A stretch of DNA of 63,985 nt, the filler included, from Octopus bimaculoides (taxonomy: Eukaryota), in the NCBI RefSeq assembly GCF_001194135.2. It is 9 parts of 8 records of this genome, joined end to end, with 100 filler letters (N's around TTAATTAATTAA, not from the genome) between each part and the next. Parts side by side here need not be neighbours in the genome. Positions count along the whole stretch, not along the records: positions 1 to 13,644 come from NC_068981.1; 8 more parts are not named here. The stretch is one strand, 5' to 3'. Position 1 is the first letter of the stretch. Each line of letters begins with the position of its first letter. Shown here piece after piece: positions 1 through 11,600 of the stretch. Below the pieces are notes generated by a model. It did no database searches. It saw only the letters and a list, made by a program, of their open reading frames with translations, and was not told where the DNA came from. The position numbers were made by a program, and so were the translations under genes.

Positions 1-47
<47 letters not shown>

Positions 48-769
48 TTACATACACTCATATATACGTGCTTCTCTCTGTATGTATATCTACTATAGAT
101 ACATACGCATACATATATATGTATGCATACTTTCGTGCATCGATCTGCACATTATGAAATTATGGTAATGCAGTATTGTGTCTGCAACGTCTTTAGTTAC
201 AAATAGACTTTGAAGTAATAAAAAGATACTGCTATGGTTGGTAAGCAATGCAGAAGTGCCCAAGCATGAAATATAACGAGGAATTAATTGAGAGCATATT
301 AAAAATGCAGACAAAATCATTTATAAATCTATGAATTTGAGGCACTTCATAAAGGAATCTGCCGCTAATATTTAGTGAACGCAGGCCAATTACGGTAGTT
401 ACATCTATAGTTCAATCTTCCGCGTTCAAATTCCTTTGAACCCTATCGTTTTTTTTTTCGTTATTTGTTATTTGAGCAGCTATGTACAAGGCTTATAACA
501 ACCAAAGACGACGACAAAGAAGAAGTCGATCAAGGAGGAGGAGGAGAACAAAGAGAAAGAGAAGACGTAGAAGGATAGAAAACAAGATGGAGATGATGAT
601 GCATCTCTGATCATGAACAGAAGTAGTGTGGGAGCATCATAGCCATGCGTTGAGAGAGTTTCTTTAAGGTTTAGATGATTCGCCTCTGGAAACATGGCTG
701 TTTCTTTCAACATCTTCAAACAACCCTTATTCAGAGACCTAAAAATTGATTTTAAGATAACATTGGTTT

Positions 770-972
770 CGAGTTTTGGAGCAAGACCAGCAATTTCTCC
801 GGAGGGGTAAGTCGATTAAATCGATACCACTGCTTACCAGGTATTTATTTTGTCGACTCTAAAAGGGATGAAAGGCAAAATCGACCTCATGGAATTTGAA
901 CTCAAAACGTAAGAATGGATTTAATGCTCCTAAGCATCTTGCGCAGTGCACTCAAGTTTCTGTCACCTCACC
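770..972 (-). mobile_element. tRNA-derived SINE, family A (abundant), diverged copy
   Basis: Reverse complement of the family core seen many times in this window (gttcaaattcc...gtcgactttgcctttcatcctttc...gtcgat...taccag). Head-to-head with the copy at 1009. Confidence 0.8.
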
Positions 973-1008
973 ACATTTGATCTGAAAATAATATTAGGAA
1001 ATATTCCA

Positions 1009-1222
1009 AGGCGGCGAACTGACAGAATCGTTAGCACGTCGGTCAAAATGCTTAGCGGCATTTCGTTTGTCTTTACGTACTGAGTTCAAATTCCACCAAG
1101 ATCGACTTTGTCTTTCATCCTTTCAGGGTCGATAAATTAAGTACCAGTTGCGTACTGGAGTCGATCTAACCAACTGACCCCCTCCCTCCAAATTTTGGGC
1201 CTTGTGCCTAGAGTAGAAAAGG
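1009..1222 (+). mobile_element. tRNA-derived SINE, family A
   Basis: ggcggcgaactgacagaatcgttagc head, B-box-like gagttcaaattcc, then the family core and the tail ccttgtgcctagagtagaaa shared with other copies. Confidence 0.85.
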
Positions 1223-1988
1223 ATATAATTACAAGTTCAGCACTGGGGGTGATGTAATCGACTTACTTATTCCCTCCGAAACTTCAATTCCCACCATCCG
1301 TATAGTGTAAAGTGAGGGATTGCTCAGTGCCTAAAACATCGAGCAAACATTATAAGTAGTGATCCTGGTAAACACCACGAAGAAATGAGCAAGCTAGGTA
1401 ACAATCTATTAAGCAACAACTACCCCAAAAGCATACTATCCATTCCAAGTATGAAGAGAAAAGAGGATGAAGCCCGTAAACTGACGACAGTCTGTCTACT
1501 CTATGTGAAAGGCCTCTCCGAAAAGATACAAAAGATATGCGGCCTATATGACATCAGGAGAGTATTCACGAGTAATACAACACTTCGCAAATATCTCCTT
1601 CGAGTAAAACCACCAGTGGAAGAGAATATGATCAAAGATTGTGTGTACTCCATCCCATGCAGATGTGACAGGTCATAAAAAGGCAAAACATGTCGCCCCC
1701 TCAAAATAAGGGTAGACGAACGTCGCAAAGTTGATATTGATAAATCGGGTATAGCTGATCATGCATGGAAAAACAGAGACCACCTCACTCTGTAGGATGA
1801 AGTTAAGATAATAGGCAGAGAACACCACTGGAAAATACGAAAACTAAAGAAGCAGCACATATGCTAGGACATAATAGCCTCCTAAGCAGACTGAGTGTAG
1901 ATATGAGTAACAAATGGGAACCGATATTAAAGAAAGATAGGAAGATATTAGATTTATAAGCCCTGAAATTCATTCCATAATTGCCCAC

Positions 1989-2061
1989 GGGCATATGGCG
2001 TAGTGGTTAAGAACGCGAGCTACTAACCCCAAGATTCCGAGTTCAATTCCAGGCAGTGACC
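1989..2061 (+). other. tRNA-like segment with Pol III A and B boxes inside the PLE tail
   Basis: A box TGGCGTAGTGG (1996-2006) and B box GTTCAATTC (2041-2049). No clean acceptor stem, so not called a tRNA gene. Confidence 0.65.
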
Positions 2062-2136
2062 ATAATAATAATAATAATGATAATAATATCGCAAAAATAA
2101 CTTAGAAAGGAGAACCCGGGTCCGAAATTTCCCTAG

Positions 2137-2182
2137 AACACCGGATGAAGGCTGGAGTGTATATCAGCCGAAACGTTGTGTT
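2137..2182 (+). ncRNA. Minimal type-I hammerhead ribozyme fold (core U4>G variant)
   Basis: Stem I AACAC/GTGTT; core CGGATGA (canonical CTGATGA) plus extra A; stem II GGCTG/CAGCC; GAA; palindromic stem III ACGT; T17. Confidence 0.75.
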
Positions 2183-2519
2183 AACAAAGATGATTACAAA
2201 TATCTGTGAAACGTCAATAATGTAAATACTATATATATATATATATATATATATGATGAATGAGAAGCAACAATAAAAATGTTTTTGCACATGTATACCT
2301 ACACATGTATGTATACCTACACATACACTATTTACATATGTGTGTGTTACAGAGAAAAAGTGTATGTGTGAGAGAGAGAGAGAGGTGCAGGATTTAGAGC
2401 ACCTAGTCACTGTAATTAGTAATGTACATATGAACGAGGTAGGATACTTTGTAACGGAGGGAAAAGGGTCCATAGTAACTATTATCGGTTATATTCATTG
2501 GTTTTTATCCATTTTTCTT

Positions 2520-2830
2520 TACCTATGGACCCTTTGTTTACTATTTTATTTTGGTAGAGACCTCCACACCGCATAACCATTTGATGTTCAAAAACTAGTT
2601 TTATTGATACTTCTTTCCAATTTCCTATTTTGTTATTCACACATTATCTTGTGGAGGTTGAACTATGTTAAATTTTAGAGAAAGAAAGTTCATTGTTTCT
2701 TGCAAAATATACATCATAACCAAAACATTTTATGGCCCTTAAAATACCATTGTGGATCTCCAAGTTACTATTTTGCTAGTGTGGACCCCGGGTGTCACAT
2801 TGACCCTGACTGAAAACCACTAATCTAGGG
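2520..2830. mobile_element. Possible hAT-type non-autonomous DNA transposon relic
   Basis: Ends in gaaaaccactaatcta, resembling hAT MITE termini, with repeated ggaccc/ggatct motifs. No second terminus found. Confidence 0.3.
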
Positions 2831-3536
2831 ACTGTGTTTACAAAAATTTACTATTTAGAAATACAGTGAACTGGGCCAACGAAGGAACAATTATCGACAA
2901 GACTTAGGTCGATAAATGGCCATTTCGTCAAATCAGTCGATGATAAACAATACTGACACTCAATTCTTTACAATACGAGATAGATCTCATCCTATCACTT
3001 ACCTCACCCAACTACTATACAAAGATAAACTATATAAGGCTGACGTTCATTTATTGGCGCTGAAAGAAATTTTCATTGCTTGTTTGCCGTTAGAAGATAC
3101 TTGCAGATAAGAAGGTAAAAAAAAAAAATCTTGAATTGACAATCGGGTAGGTAACTGAATATATAAAAGGGTCTCATACATAAGGTGGTTGTTTTGTTCA
3201 ATGGGTGATTGTGTGCAGACATGGATAGACTTGTAGATAATTTGGTGGGTAACAGAGTAAATGAGACAAACAGTTGTGCGTAGGTGTGCGTATATTGTGA
3301 ATAATATAGCCTGTAAATAAATTGAAAAGTGTGAAAAGATGAAGGAATGAAGAGGTGACAAGGAATAAAAAAGTTGATGAGGAGAAAAAGGGGTGAAGGG
3401 CTTGATGGGATAAAAGAAAAAGAGAAGTTGAAATAAAGACATTTGATATTTGACTGCTGGAACAAATCTCACATGCACTTACATATTTATCATTTGCTTT
3501 CCCTCTATTACGAGCCTAAATACATATATTTACCTG

Positions 3537-3740
3537 CTCTAGGCACAAGGCCCAAAAGGTTTGGGGAGGGGGCCAGTTGATTAGATCTACCCCATTACGC
3601 AACTGGTGCTTAATTTATCGACCCCGAAAGGATGAAAGGCAAAGTCGACCTCGGCGGAATTAAAACTCAGAACGTAAAGACAGACGAAATACCAATTTCT
3701 TTATTGCCCACCGGGGGCTAAACACAGAAATGGACAGAAC
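3537..3740 (-). mobile_element. SINE family A copy plus an adjoining second SINE tail
   Basis: atttatcgaccccgaaaggatgaaaggcaaagtcgacctcggcggaatt...ctcagaacgtaaagacagacgaaatacc core. Confidence 0.85.
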
Positions 3741-3849
3741 AACTGATGGGATCAATAATGCAGTATGATTTTACATAAAATGTGACTTTTAAAAATTAAA
3801 TAAAATATTAAAAAATCAATGAAATTAACAATACAGGGACAATACAAAT

Positions 3850-4195
3850 GAAGCGATGATCAGACCACACTCCGACCCCACAAGTCTCGATCTATCACTG
3901 GTACCTTTCTATTGTTCTTTGTTTCCGTCCATTCACACGGTTCCTTGTACGCACAACGCTCGTGCAACATGCTTCCATTTCTTTTGGAACGTACACTCCG
4001 ACAGACATCTCTTCTCCAGCCACACCTTCCTTTTCAAATGAAAAGTAAAAAATGATCGTAAATTGTAGCCAGAGATAAAGTTGCCTGTCTTAATTCCTTT
4101 TATCCTAGTCTTCCATACTGCCTCTTTCGCTATTGCTACAACCGTGAGAAAACAATTCTTACCTTCGTTTGTTAAAACTCCTGGTGGGTCCATTT
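3850..4195 (-). mobile_element. L1/Tx1-type LINE 3' end (C-terminus of ORF2)
   Basis: Second half of ORF 3933-4511 (PPGVLTNEGKNCFLTVVAIAKEAVWKTRIKG...FFTFHLKRKVWLEKRCLS...KKWKHVAR) resembles Tx1 ORF2 C-termini. Recognised from memory only. Confidence 0.6.
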
Positions 4196-4199
4196 TTAT

Positions 4200-4680
4200 A
4201 TAGCTAAGTCTACCGCGGTGCTTTCTATAGGGTTTGTAAATATTCTTATTTAAATCTGAAGACACGTCTAGGAAATTGACAACCGTCAGGTTGGTGTCCA
4301 TTGTTATGCTTAGATCAAATGTTTTCATTATTTGAATATTGTCCTTCCTGAACCGATCTTGCACTGGTCCATTATTGTTTGTGGTTAAATCTAGAGCATC
4401 ATCTTTGTAAATGGTGAAATATATACCAGGAAAAGTTTTACTCAACGTATCGAGTCGGAATAATCCAATGAGATCGCATATGCCTGCTCCATCATATGAT
4501 CCCATGCTCACATCGAAGGCACCCTCTGTATCGGTTGTCTTAACCTACTCTAGGTTCTCACCGAAAAGTAAAGTCTTTCTAGCATGTAAGATGTCCTTAT
4601 CTTGTGTACTAATTTCTATTACTTCGCTTGTGAACGTGAGGGTTTTATCGAGCAGTTCCTTAGAGATAGAAGCATAGTTT
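4200..4680 (-). mobile_element. Penelope-like (Naiad/Chlamys-type) reverse transcriptase fragment
   Basis: YASISKELL...HARKTLLF...FDVSMGSYDGAGICDLIGL...IYKDDAL...VNFLDVSSDL...YKPYRK. These are diagnostic motifs of this PLE RT type. Confidence 0.85.
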
Positions 4681-4932
4681 TTCGGGTATATATGCGTGTG
4701 TAAGTGCGTATAGGCGTAGACATATATATGTATATATGTGTGTTTGTATGTATATGTACACGCGTGCGTGAGTATGTAGATATATATACATACATGTGTG
4801 TGTGTGTGTGTGTGTATGTGTGTGTATATGTGTATGTGTGCATATGCGGATTCTATGAACGAATTATTACTTTCCTCATGCCTATTGGAGTAATTTCCCT
4901 TTAATATATGTATATATATATATAAATATATA

Positions 4933-5500
4933 TTATGGTAGTTTGACCTTAGAGTCCCTCATAGCGTGAGGCATTATTGTATAGTAATGCCCTTATATAA
5001 ATATAAATATATATTTCGGGAATAAATGATGAATTTTTTCCCTTATGAGGTTTTTTCACGCTAGCTACTTGATAAATTCTTGTAAAAGATTTCGTCCTAT
5101 TATTGAATTTAAGTATATTACAAGAATATATTCAGTACTGAATTTATTCTGAGAAAAAAGTATATTTACCGAGATGCAATTCGAAATTCCCGCCACTTAC
5201 ATAGGGGAATAGCGATGAACAGTCTTCTATATACTATATTGGATACACGATGTTCGAGTGGTATGTTGATTTTCTGTTTACTTCTATTTCTCTTGACCAT
5301 ATTATACTGATGAGTAGAGGTTGTATAATACTACAATAACTACCAAATCATGATCTATAATTTAGTCTGTTTTTAAGGGGTTGGCTTTGAGAGTTGCATT
5401 TCCTCGCGTTCGGTAAAAATGTGCTTTTTATGGTAGTTTGACCTTAGAGTCCCTCATAGCGTGAGGCATTATTGTATAGTAATGCCCTTATATAAATATA
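4933..5500 (+). repeat. 72-bp direct repeats (4933-5004 and 5428-5500) bounding a ~495-bp unit
   Basis: ttatggtagtttgaccttagagtccctcatagcgtgaggcattattgtatagtaatgcccttatataaatata occurs twice. It contains the hairpin ggcatta/taatgcc. Confidence 0.9.
5295..5367 (+). ncRNA. Type-I hammerhead ribozyme fold (core G12>C variant)
   Basis: Stem I gaccatattata/tataatttagtc (10 of 12 pairs); CTGATGA at 5307-5313; stem II gtag..ttgta/tacaa..ctac; CAA in place of GAA; palindromic stem III ATCATGAT; C17 at 5355. Confidence 0.75.
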
Positions 5501-5825
5501 TATATATATATATACTCATACATACGTACATACATACATATGACGGGTTTCCGCACAGTTTCCGTCAACCAATTAGTTCACATCTTTTTATCATATATCA
5601 AACAAGTTGCATTAAATATATGCTGCATATCGGATGCGATGTCTTATTAAAACTTTTGTATTTTGCAGTTAGTTCTTTGTAGATTCATTAATACGTAGAT
5701 GATTCAAGAGATTCTTGGTCTTAAACAAATGAACGAAATGATACGATTTTTGTGCAATTTAATGTAGGTCGAAAAAGATCATGAGAAAAGATAATATAAC
5801 TGATATAAATTCATCTATTATGACC

Positions 5826-5887
5826 TTGGATCGACCAAATCCTTGTGAGTGGATTTGGTAAATGGAAACTGAAAGAAGCCCGTCGTG

Positions 5888-5975
<88 letters not shown>

Positions 5976-6185
5976 AACACATATAAGTTTGTGCATGTGT
6001 CTGTTCTTCCACTATCACCTGACAACCGATGTAGGTGCGCTTACGTCCCCGTAACCTAGCGATTCGGCAAAAGTGAACAATTGAATAAGTTTCGGGCTTA
6101 CAGATAATAAGTCCTGAGGCGATTTGTTAGGCTAAAGGCAGCGCTCCAGTATGTCCGCAGTAAAATGACTGAAACAAGTAAAAGG
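5826..6185 (+). mobile_element. SINE family B (5'-truncated, with internal TA/TG microsatellite)
   Basis: ccttgtgagtggatttggta..ggaaactgaaagaagcccgtcg...aaatgactgaaacaagtaaaa matches the full copy at 59965. Confidence 0.8.
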
Positions 6186-6929
6186 AAATGAGTAATTCCT
6201 GTCGGATGATGTTAAAAGTGTTATTATACTTAAATAAAGAACAGGAAACGCATTCAAGAAAAAAGCGTAAAAGCGGAAATGCCAAGGAGCGTTAATGTAT
6301 CCTCCTCTTATGTTCATGAAAAAGTTGCTTGACCAAGATAGATCGATCAAACGAAACGAGGAAAAACTTGCAAAACATGAAAACAGTGACTCTAATGAAT
6401 TGCTTACGTCTTAACCTGAGGTTAATCTCGATTTTTCGGATTTCCCAATCAATGAAATCGAATAGTTTGTGACGATAATTGTAACTCATAGAAAATTAAC
6501 AAATACTGACGTAGCATTGGTGTTGTTTTAGTTAGTCGTCTGCAGCGAGAATAGAAAGAAGAAACCGCGATAAAAGACTACAGCAACATAAGGAAAAGAT
6601 GGCTTCTTCCTCCAACATATAGCTTGTATTACAAAGTAAAGCGGGGAATAAAATGTATACCTCTAGCAATGAATGAATTCTAATACATCAGTTCAGACAG
6701 CAGGTGCTTGTTATATCACCAGGATGTTTGATCTTGCTTAGCCCTCTCCCTTGATTACCTTGGGAAAATATGGGGTATAAGAGAAACCGAGTATATTCAA
6801 CATATCGGCACACTAAACCCACCATCGACATTAAGTGACAAGGTATAGTTTTGCTCAGGGAGAGTGAAAAAATAAGCACGATGTGGGAGCGTAAACAAAA
6901 GGAAGTTGAAATCCAAACGCCAGCAGGTA

Positions 6930-7235
6930 TTAATCTTGTCGGTTACGGCGACGTGGGTTCAAGATGATTCGATCAACGGAACAGCTTGCTGGTGAAATTC
7001 ACGTGCAAGTGGTTGAGCACTCCACAAACATGCATACGCTTAATGTAGTTCTGAAGGAGATTCAGCATGACACACTGTCATAACGGTGGACCTTTGACAT
7101 ACAAGTACAACTCATTTCTACCAACTGAGTGAACTGGAGAAATGTGAAATAAAAACGACAACGCGCCGGTAGGAAACAAACTCACGACCTTACGATTTTG
7201 AACCGAATACCCTAAGACGTAAGTCACCGCTGCCC
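6930..7235 (-). mobile_element. SINE family C, diverged partial copy
   Basis: gatcaacggaacagcttgct.gtgaaatt.acgtgcaagtgg.tgagcactccaca, shared with copies at 41895 and 59301. Confidence 0.7.
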
Positions 7236-7775
7236 TGCATGGTGCTAATAGCAAGAAGACATAATTCACTAACAAATGGTATGTTAATATTTGAAATGAA
7301 ACTCACCTGGGAAACAGTATGAAACAGGTACGAAAAAAGGAAGGGTCGAAGGTAACAAAACCTTTGCAAATAATGTGAGATTGGCTGTGTATATACGATG
7401 TTTCTGGTTGTCAGAAATTTGCTGGTTTGTAGAAATATATTTATGTCCTATTTGGCTGGTATTGGATTTAGAATATTCGTGCAGTAATTCGTGGGGTAGA
7501 AGCAGGAAAATGGCAGAACGATACTTGTAAGTATAGACCAAAGATGAGTTTGAAAAACAAATCTTCAGCGTGTTGCTACGTAGTTACATAATTGGAGTGA
7601 CACAACTGCAACATATTTTCGCGAGAGCTATGTGTATAACAGGGAAAAACATGTTGGTGTATTTTCTCATCCCCATGCAAATATGTTCTAATGTACACAA
7701 TCAGAGAAATGAAACATACCGATATAGAAACTAATGTATTCACGGACATATTAATACCCGACACACGCAAGCACT

Positions 7776-7777
<2 letters not shown>

Positions 7778-7841
<64 letters not shown>

Positions 7842-8200
7842 TGTGTCTGTGTGTGTATGTGTAAATATGAATATACATTATATATATATATACATACATA
7901 CATATACATAAACATATATATATATATATATACATATATATATAAACACACAGACATATATATATATATACATACATATATATACATAAACATATATATA
8001 TATACACATATATATATATATATGTATATATGTATATATATATATATATACATACATACATATATATACATATTCATATATATATATATACATATATACA
8101 TAGATATACATATATGCATGTATAGACAAATATACACGATTATACATATGCTGTTCGCACACACATTCAACTGTGCAAAACTCTACCCACATTAATATAC
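7778..8200. repeat. Compound (TG)n/(TA)n microsatellite
   Basis: Direct inspection. It generates the spurious CVCV/YIYI ORFs. Confidence 0.95.
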
Positions 8201-10334
8201 AAGCACAAAGAAGTGAATGTGAATGCATACGCACCCATATGCAAGCGTATGTACAAGCTCATTTATACACAAAAATCTTGAAATATACGTTTTTGTGTAC
8301 ACTCACCCACTGCAACTAATGTATTCAAGCAGATAAACACACACATATATATACACAAATACATACACACAGATGCAGAGAACCACACACAGATACATAA
8401 AACCACACACAGACAAATATTCACAAAAACGTATACACAACCATTAAAGACAATTTTAAAGAATCTCACAGCAAAAAAAAAAAAAAAAACAGGCAAAAAA
8501 TGAAGAGAAGAGTAATAAGAAAAAGAATAGCTTAAGCTCTTAATCCAAGATTCTTAACAATTGGACAATGTGGCACCTTGATTCACATCCGGCCCACACC
8601 GGGTCTATGTATTTATTAAGCAATTTTAGACAGCTAATCACGCCCCGTGTGACATGTCGTTCATTGACAACGCGCTCTGAGACCCGCACTTAGTTAAAAC
8701 GGAAAGGAAAAAATAGATAATAAAGTAAAGCCAAGAGAAAAGAAACACTTTCAGGTATAACAGCACTCTACTTGCTCAACTGAAAGAAAAGGTGGGGGTC
8801 TCTTCGTTCCGAATAGGAAGCAAAAAAGCAACACTAACAATAATAGTTACAACAACAGCAATTATACTACAAAATACCACAAAGAGATGGGGAGAGAAAA
8901 AAAAGACATAATAAAAGAAAAAAAAGAATCTATATACATAGATGAGTGAGTGTTTTTAAGGTTCAATGCCTATTTCTACAAAAAGTGTCGGTCTTTTTAG
9001 ATTGTACTCTTGAAACCGAATGTAAATGTTCAAATGCAGTAGTTGTAAGTTGAAGGTTCAAAATATAAAGAAAATTGTATGAATGAGTAAATGAATAAAG
9101 AGATAAATAAAAAGAAGTAGAGAAAGAGAGAGAGAGAGAGAGAGATGAGAATATAAAGACAAAGTTGAAAACTAGCAAAAGCGAGGATATGTAATGAATA
9201 AATAAAGAAATAGATAAATTGAATCTGAATAGAACACTGAACGGAAAGTAACTGGAATAACTAAAAGTAAGATGAAATAAAATAAAATGAGAACAGACGA
9301 AAGGAAATGAGAATATAATTTGAACAATGAAATGAAAAGAAAAGGATACTGCATAAGAAAGAGATAAGAGCGGCAACTCACTTAGAATGAAGTGTAAGAG
9401 AGCTAAAGTTGTATTGTTATTTCGACACTCACAAAGCTCTATGTAACATCATTTCTGTAATAAATATATGTAGAGATTATTTCTTTTTTAAATGGAAAAC
9501 GCTGGAGTCGTTTACTTATTATTCGCTCTCTTTTACATACCAATGTCAGTCGGCAGTTAAAAGTAATTGGTAAATTAAATGATTGCAACTATATAACAAA
9601 AGCAACAAAAAAAAACTAATAACACTAGTAAAATCTTTTTGTCACACATTTTCTTTCATCTCTCTCTTTTTTATTCTTTTACCAAATTTTCTCTTTATTG
9701 AATGAAATACTGAATCACAGATTTAATGATTAGTGTAGTGACGTCAAACAATTTAATTTTTTTTTCACGTGAACATCAATGAAGGAACATGTCCTGTTGG
9801 CATTATGATGCTGGGTCCACTAAAACACTTTTCGACGTAGTGTACCTGTGGCGAGTTTTTCTCCATGCAGTTTATTGGCTACAGTTCGGAACTGTATTCA
9901 TGAGTAGTAATATATAGAAAAATGCATTTAACTGCCATAACTTACCATTCTATAAGCACCAAATCATTGCAATGTTACGACGGCTTAATCGGTAGATGGA
10001 ACATTTTAATTCGATACCCTTTAACTTTGCCGACAAGTTGATAAATCTTTGAATATAAATTGATTGCCCATTTAATATGCTACCTTTAATATAGAAAATA
10101 TTCAGTATAATTTCAAAGTAATCTTTGAAAGAATAAAAAGTTACAACTTTACTTATATTTTCATTTTCAGGAAAGCAGATATTGTTTGACACATTTTATA
10201 GGCAACTTGTCAAGTTTGAATTATCTCGGAGAAGGCTGAATGAAAAATATTTCAATGTTTAACTAAAACCTTTATGTTGAACATATCTTATTTTATGTTA
10301 TTCAAACTTACTATAATAATTCGATTCAAAATTT

Positions 10335-10535
10335 GGCACAAGGCCAGCGAGTTCAGGAGAAGTGGAGGTCGTTTATATCAACCTCAGTGCTCAACTGGTA
10401 CTTGTTTTGTCGACGCCTAAAGGATGAAAGGCAAAGTCGGCCTCGGCGGAATTTGAACTCAGAACGTAAAAACGGACGAAATGCTGCTGAGAATTTTGCT
10501 TGACGTGCTAATGATTCTGTCAGATCGCTACCCTA
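10335..10535 (-). mobile_element. SINE family A
   Basis: ggatgaaaggcaaagtcggcctcggcggaatttgaactcagaacg core. Confidence 0.85.
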
Positions 10536-11069
10536 ACTCACTGTGTGTATTGCATAGTATTTACATTTATGTAGAATGTCTTTCATAAACAACGTTGCAA
10601 GTCCAGATTCTAGATTCATTATTATGACTTGTTTCTCTAGATGATTTGAAGGAGACTTCTCTTTCGAAGTTATATAAAAACTCTCAAGTATGCGAAAATG
10701 CGTCTGTTTATGTGTAATATTTGTGGCAGACAACGAATGGTAAATGAATTGGTTTAATAATTATTTTGTTAACTGAAATGTTAATATTTCAGTGAAATAT
10801 CTTAGCTAAAATTTCGCCGTACACAAATTAATTATTTTTACTCACAATTAGCAATGATTTTAAGATTTGTTAGAGTTTCACTATTCTTGTATATCAAGTG
10901 GCAAATTATATATTTATCTTACAAACTGCAAAAGTAACTGTTTTACTTACTGGTATAGTCATGTCAAAAATTAGTATTTTCAACAGGTATAAAGAAATAG
11001 AATTAAATAGAATTACAATAGAAATATCTTACAAAAGATTTTGGTAAATCTGTCACTAATTTTAATCTT

Positions 11070-11182
11070 TCACTTCCTCTTTCCAGTCACCCAGACGTTA
11101 TCCTTTTTCATTTCAACATACACTTCTACTGTTGTATTTGAAAGTGAATTTTTGTCGGTAGTGTCATAGGAAGAATAAACTT
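11070..11182 (-). CDS. Candidate phase-1 terminal coding exon (EVYSSYDTTDKNSLSNTTVEVYVEMKKDNVWVTGKRK*), possibly the last exon of CEP20
   Basis: Acceptor gtgttttatactttggtag, 113 nt open to TGA, and ATTAAA just downstream. No recognisable homology. Confidence 0.3.
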
Positions 11183-11446
11183 CTACCAAAGTATAAAACA
11201 CATATCTTATTAGTTCTAAACGTTGTCGATGCGAATTCAAAGAACGAATTGAATAAAGTCATTCCTTTTTTATTTTGTTTCTCTAAATGAATTACTTCAA
11301 CATATCGAGCGTGTTATTTATAACGGAAGCTACTTAAATTATGACGTCATAATATAACTATTTCGAAATTTTTAAACGAGATAAAGTGTGAAGAGAGAAT
11401 ACACCAAGCATATTGTCTATCGTGAAACATTTTATTGAAATGACAA

Positions 11447-11600
11447 GGGTGACCATGTGTCCCGGTCTGATCGATATTTTCCGGTTTGATAAATTTGTCT
11501 TGACGTCCACTCAATTTGAAATTCTGATATCGGAAACTTTCCTCTTTTATGACTTTAATCCTGATCGGACAACAGAGGTTGAAGACAATGTTAATATTAT
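11447..11600 (+). mobile_element. hAT (Blackjack-like) terminal fragment
   Basis: Starts agggtgaccatgtgtcccg, resembling Blackjack termini. No partner TIR seen. Confidence 0.4.

Larger units (their letters stand above)
1285..2230 (+). mobile_element. Penelope-like retroelement 3' fragment (end of RT thumb plus GIY-YIG endonuclease, degenerate) with tRNA-like segment and hammerhead-bearing tail
   Basis: ORF 1385-1678 (LYVKGLSEKIQKIC..YDIRRVFTSNTTLRKYL..VKP...CVYSIPC.C) continues past a stop into KGKTCRPLKIRVDE...KSGIADHAW...EVKII.REHHWKIRKLK. This matches the Penelope/Poseidon GIY-YIG pattern. Confidence 0.85.

Noticed and set aside
10540-10610. ESGLATLF... as CEP20 exon 3
   Set aside because: Only ESG matches the FOR20 motif, and the acceptor lacks a pyrimidine tract.
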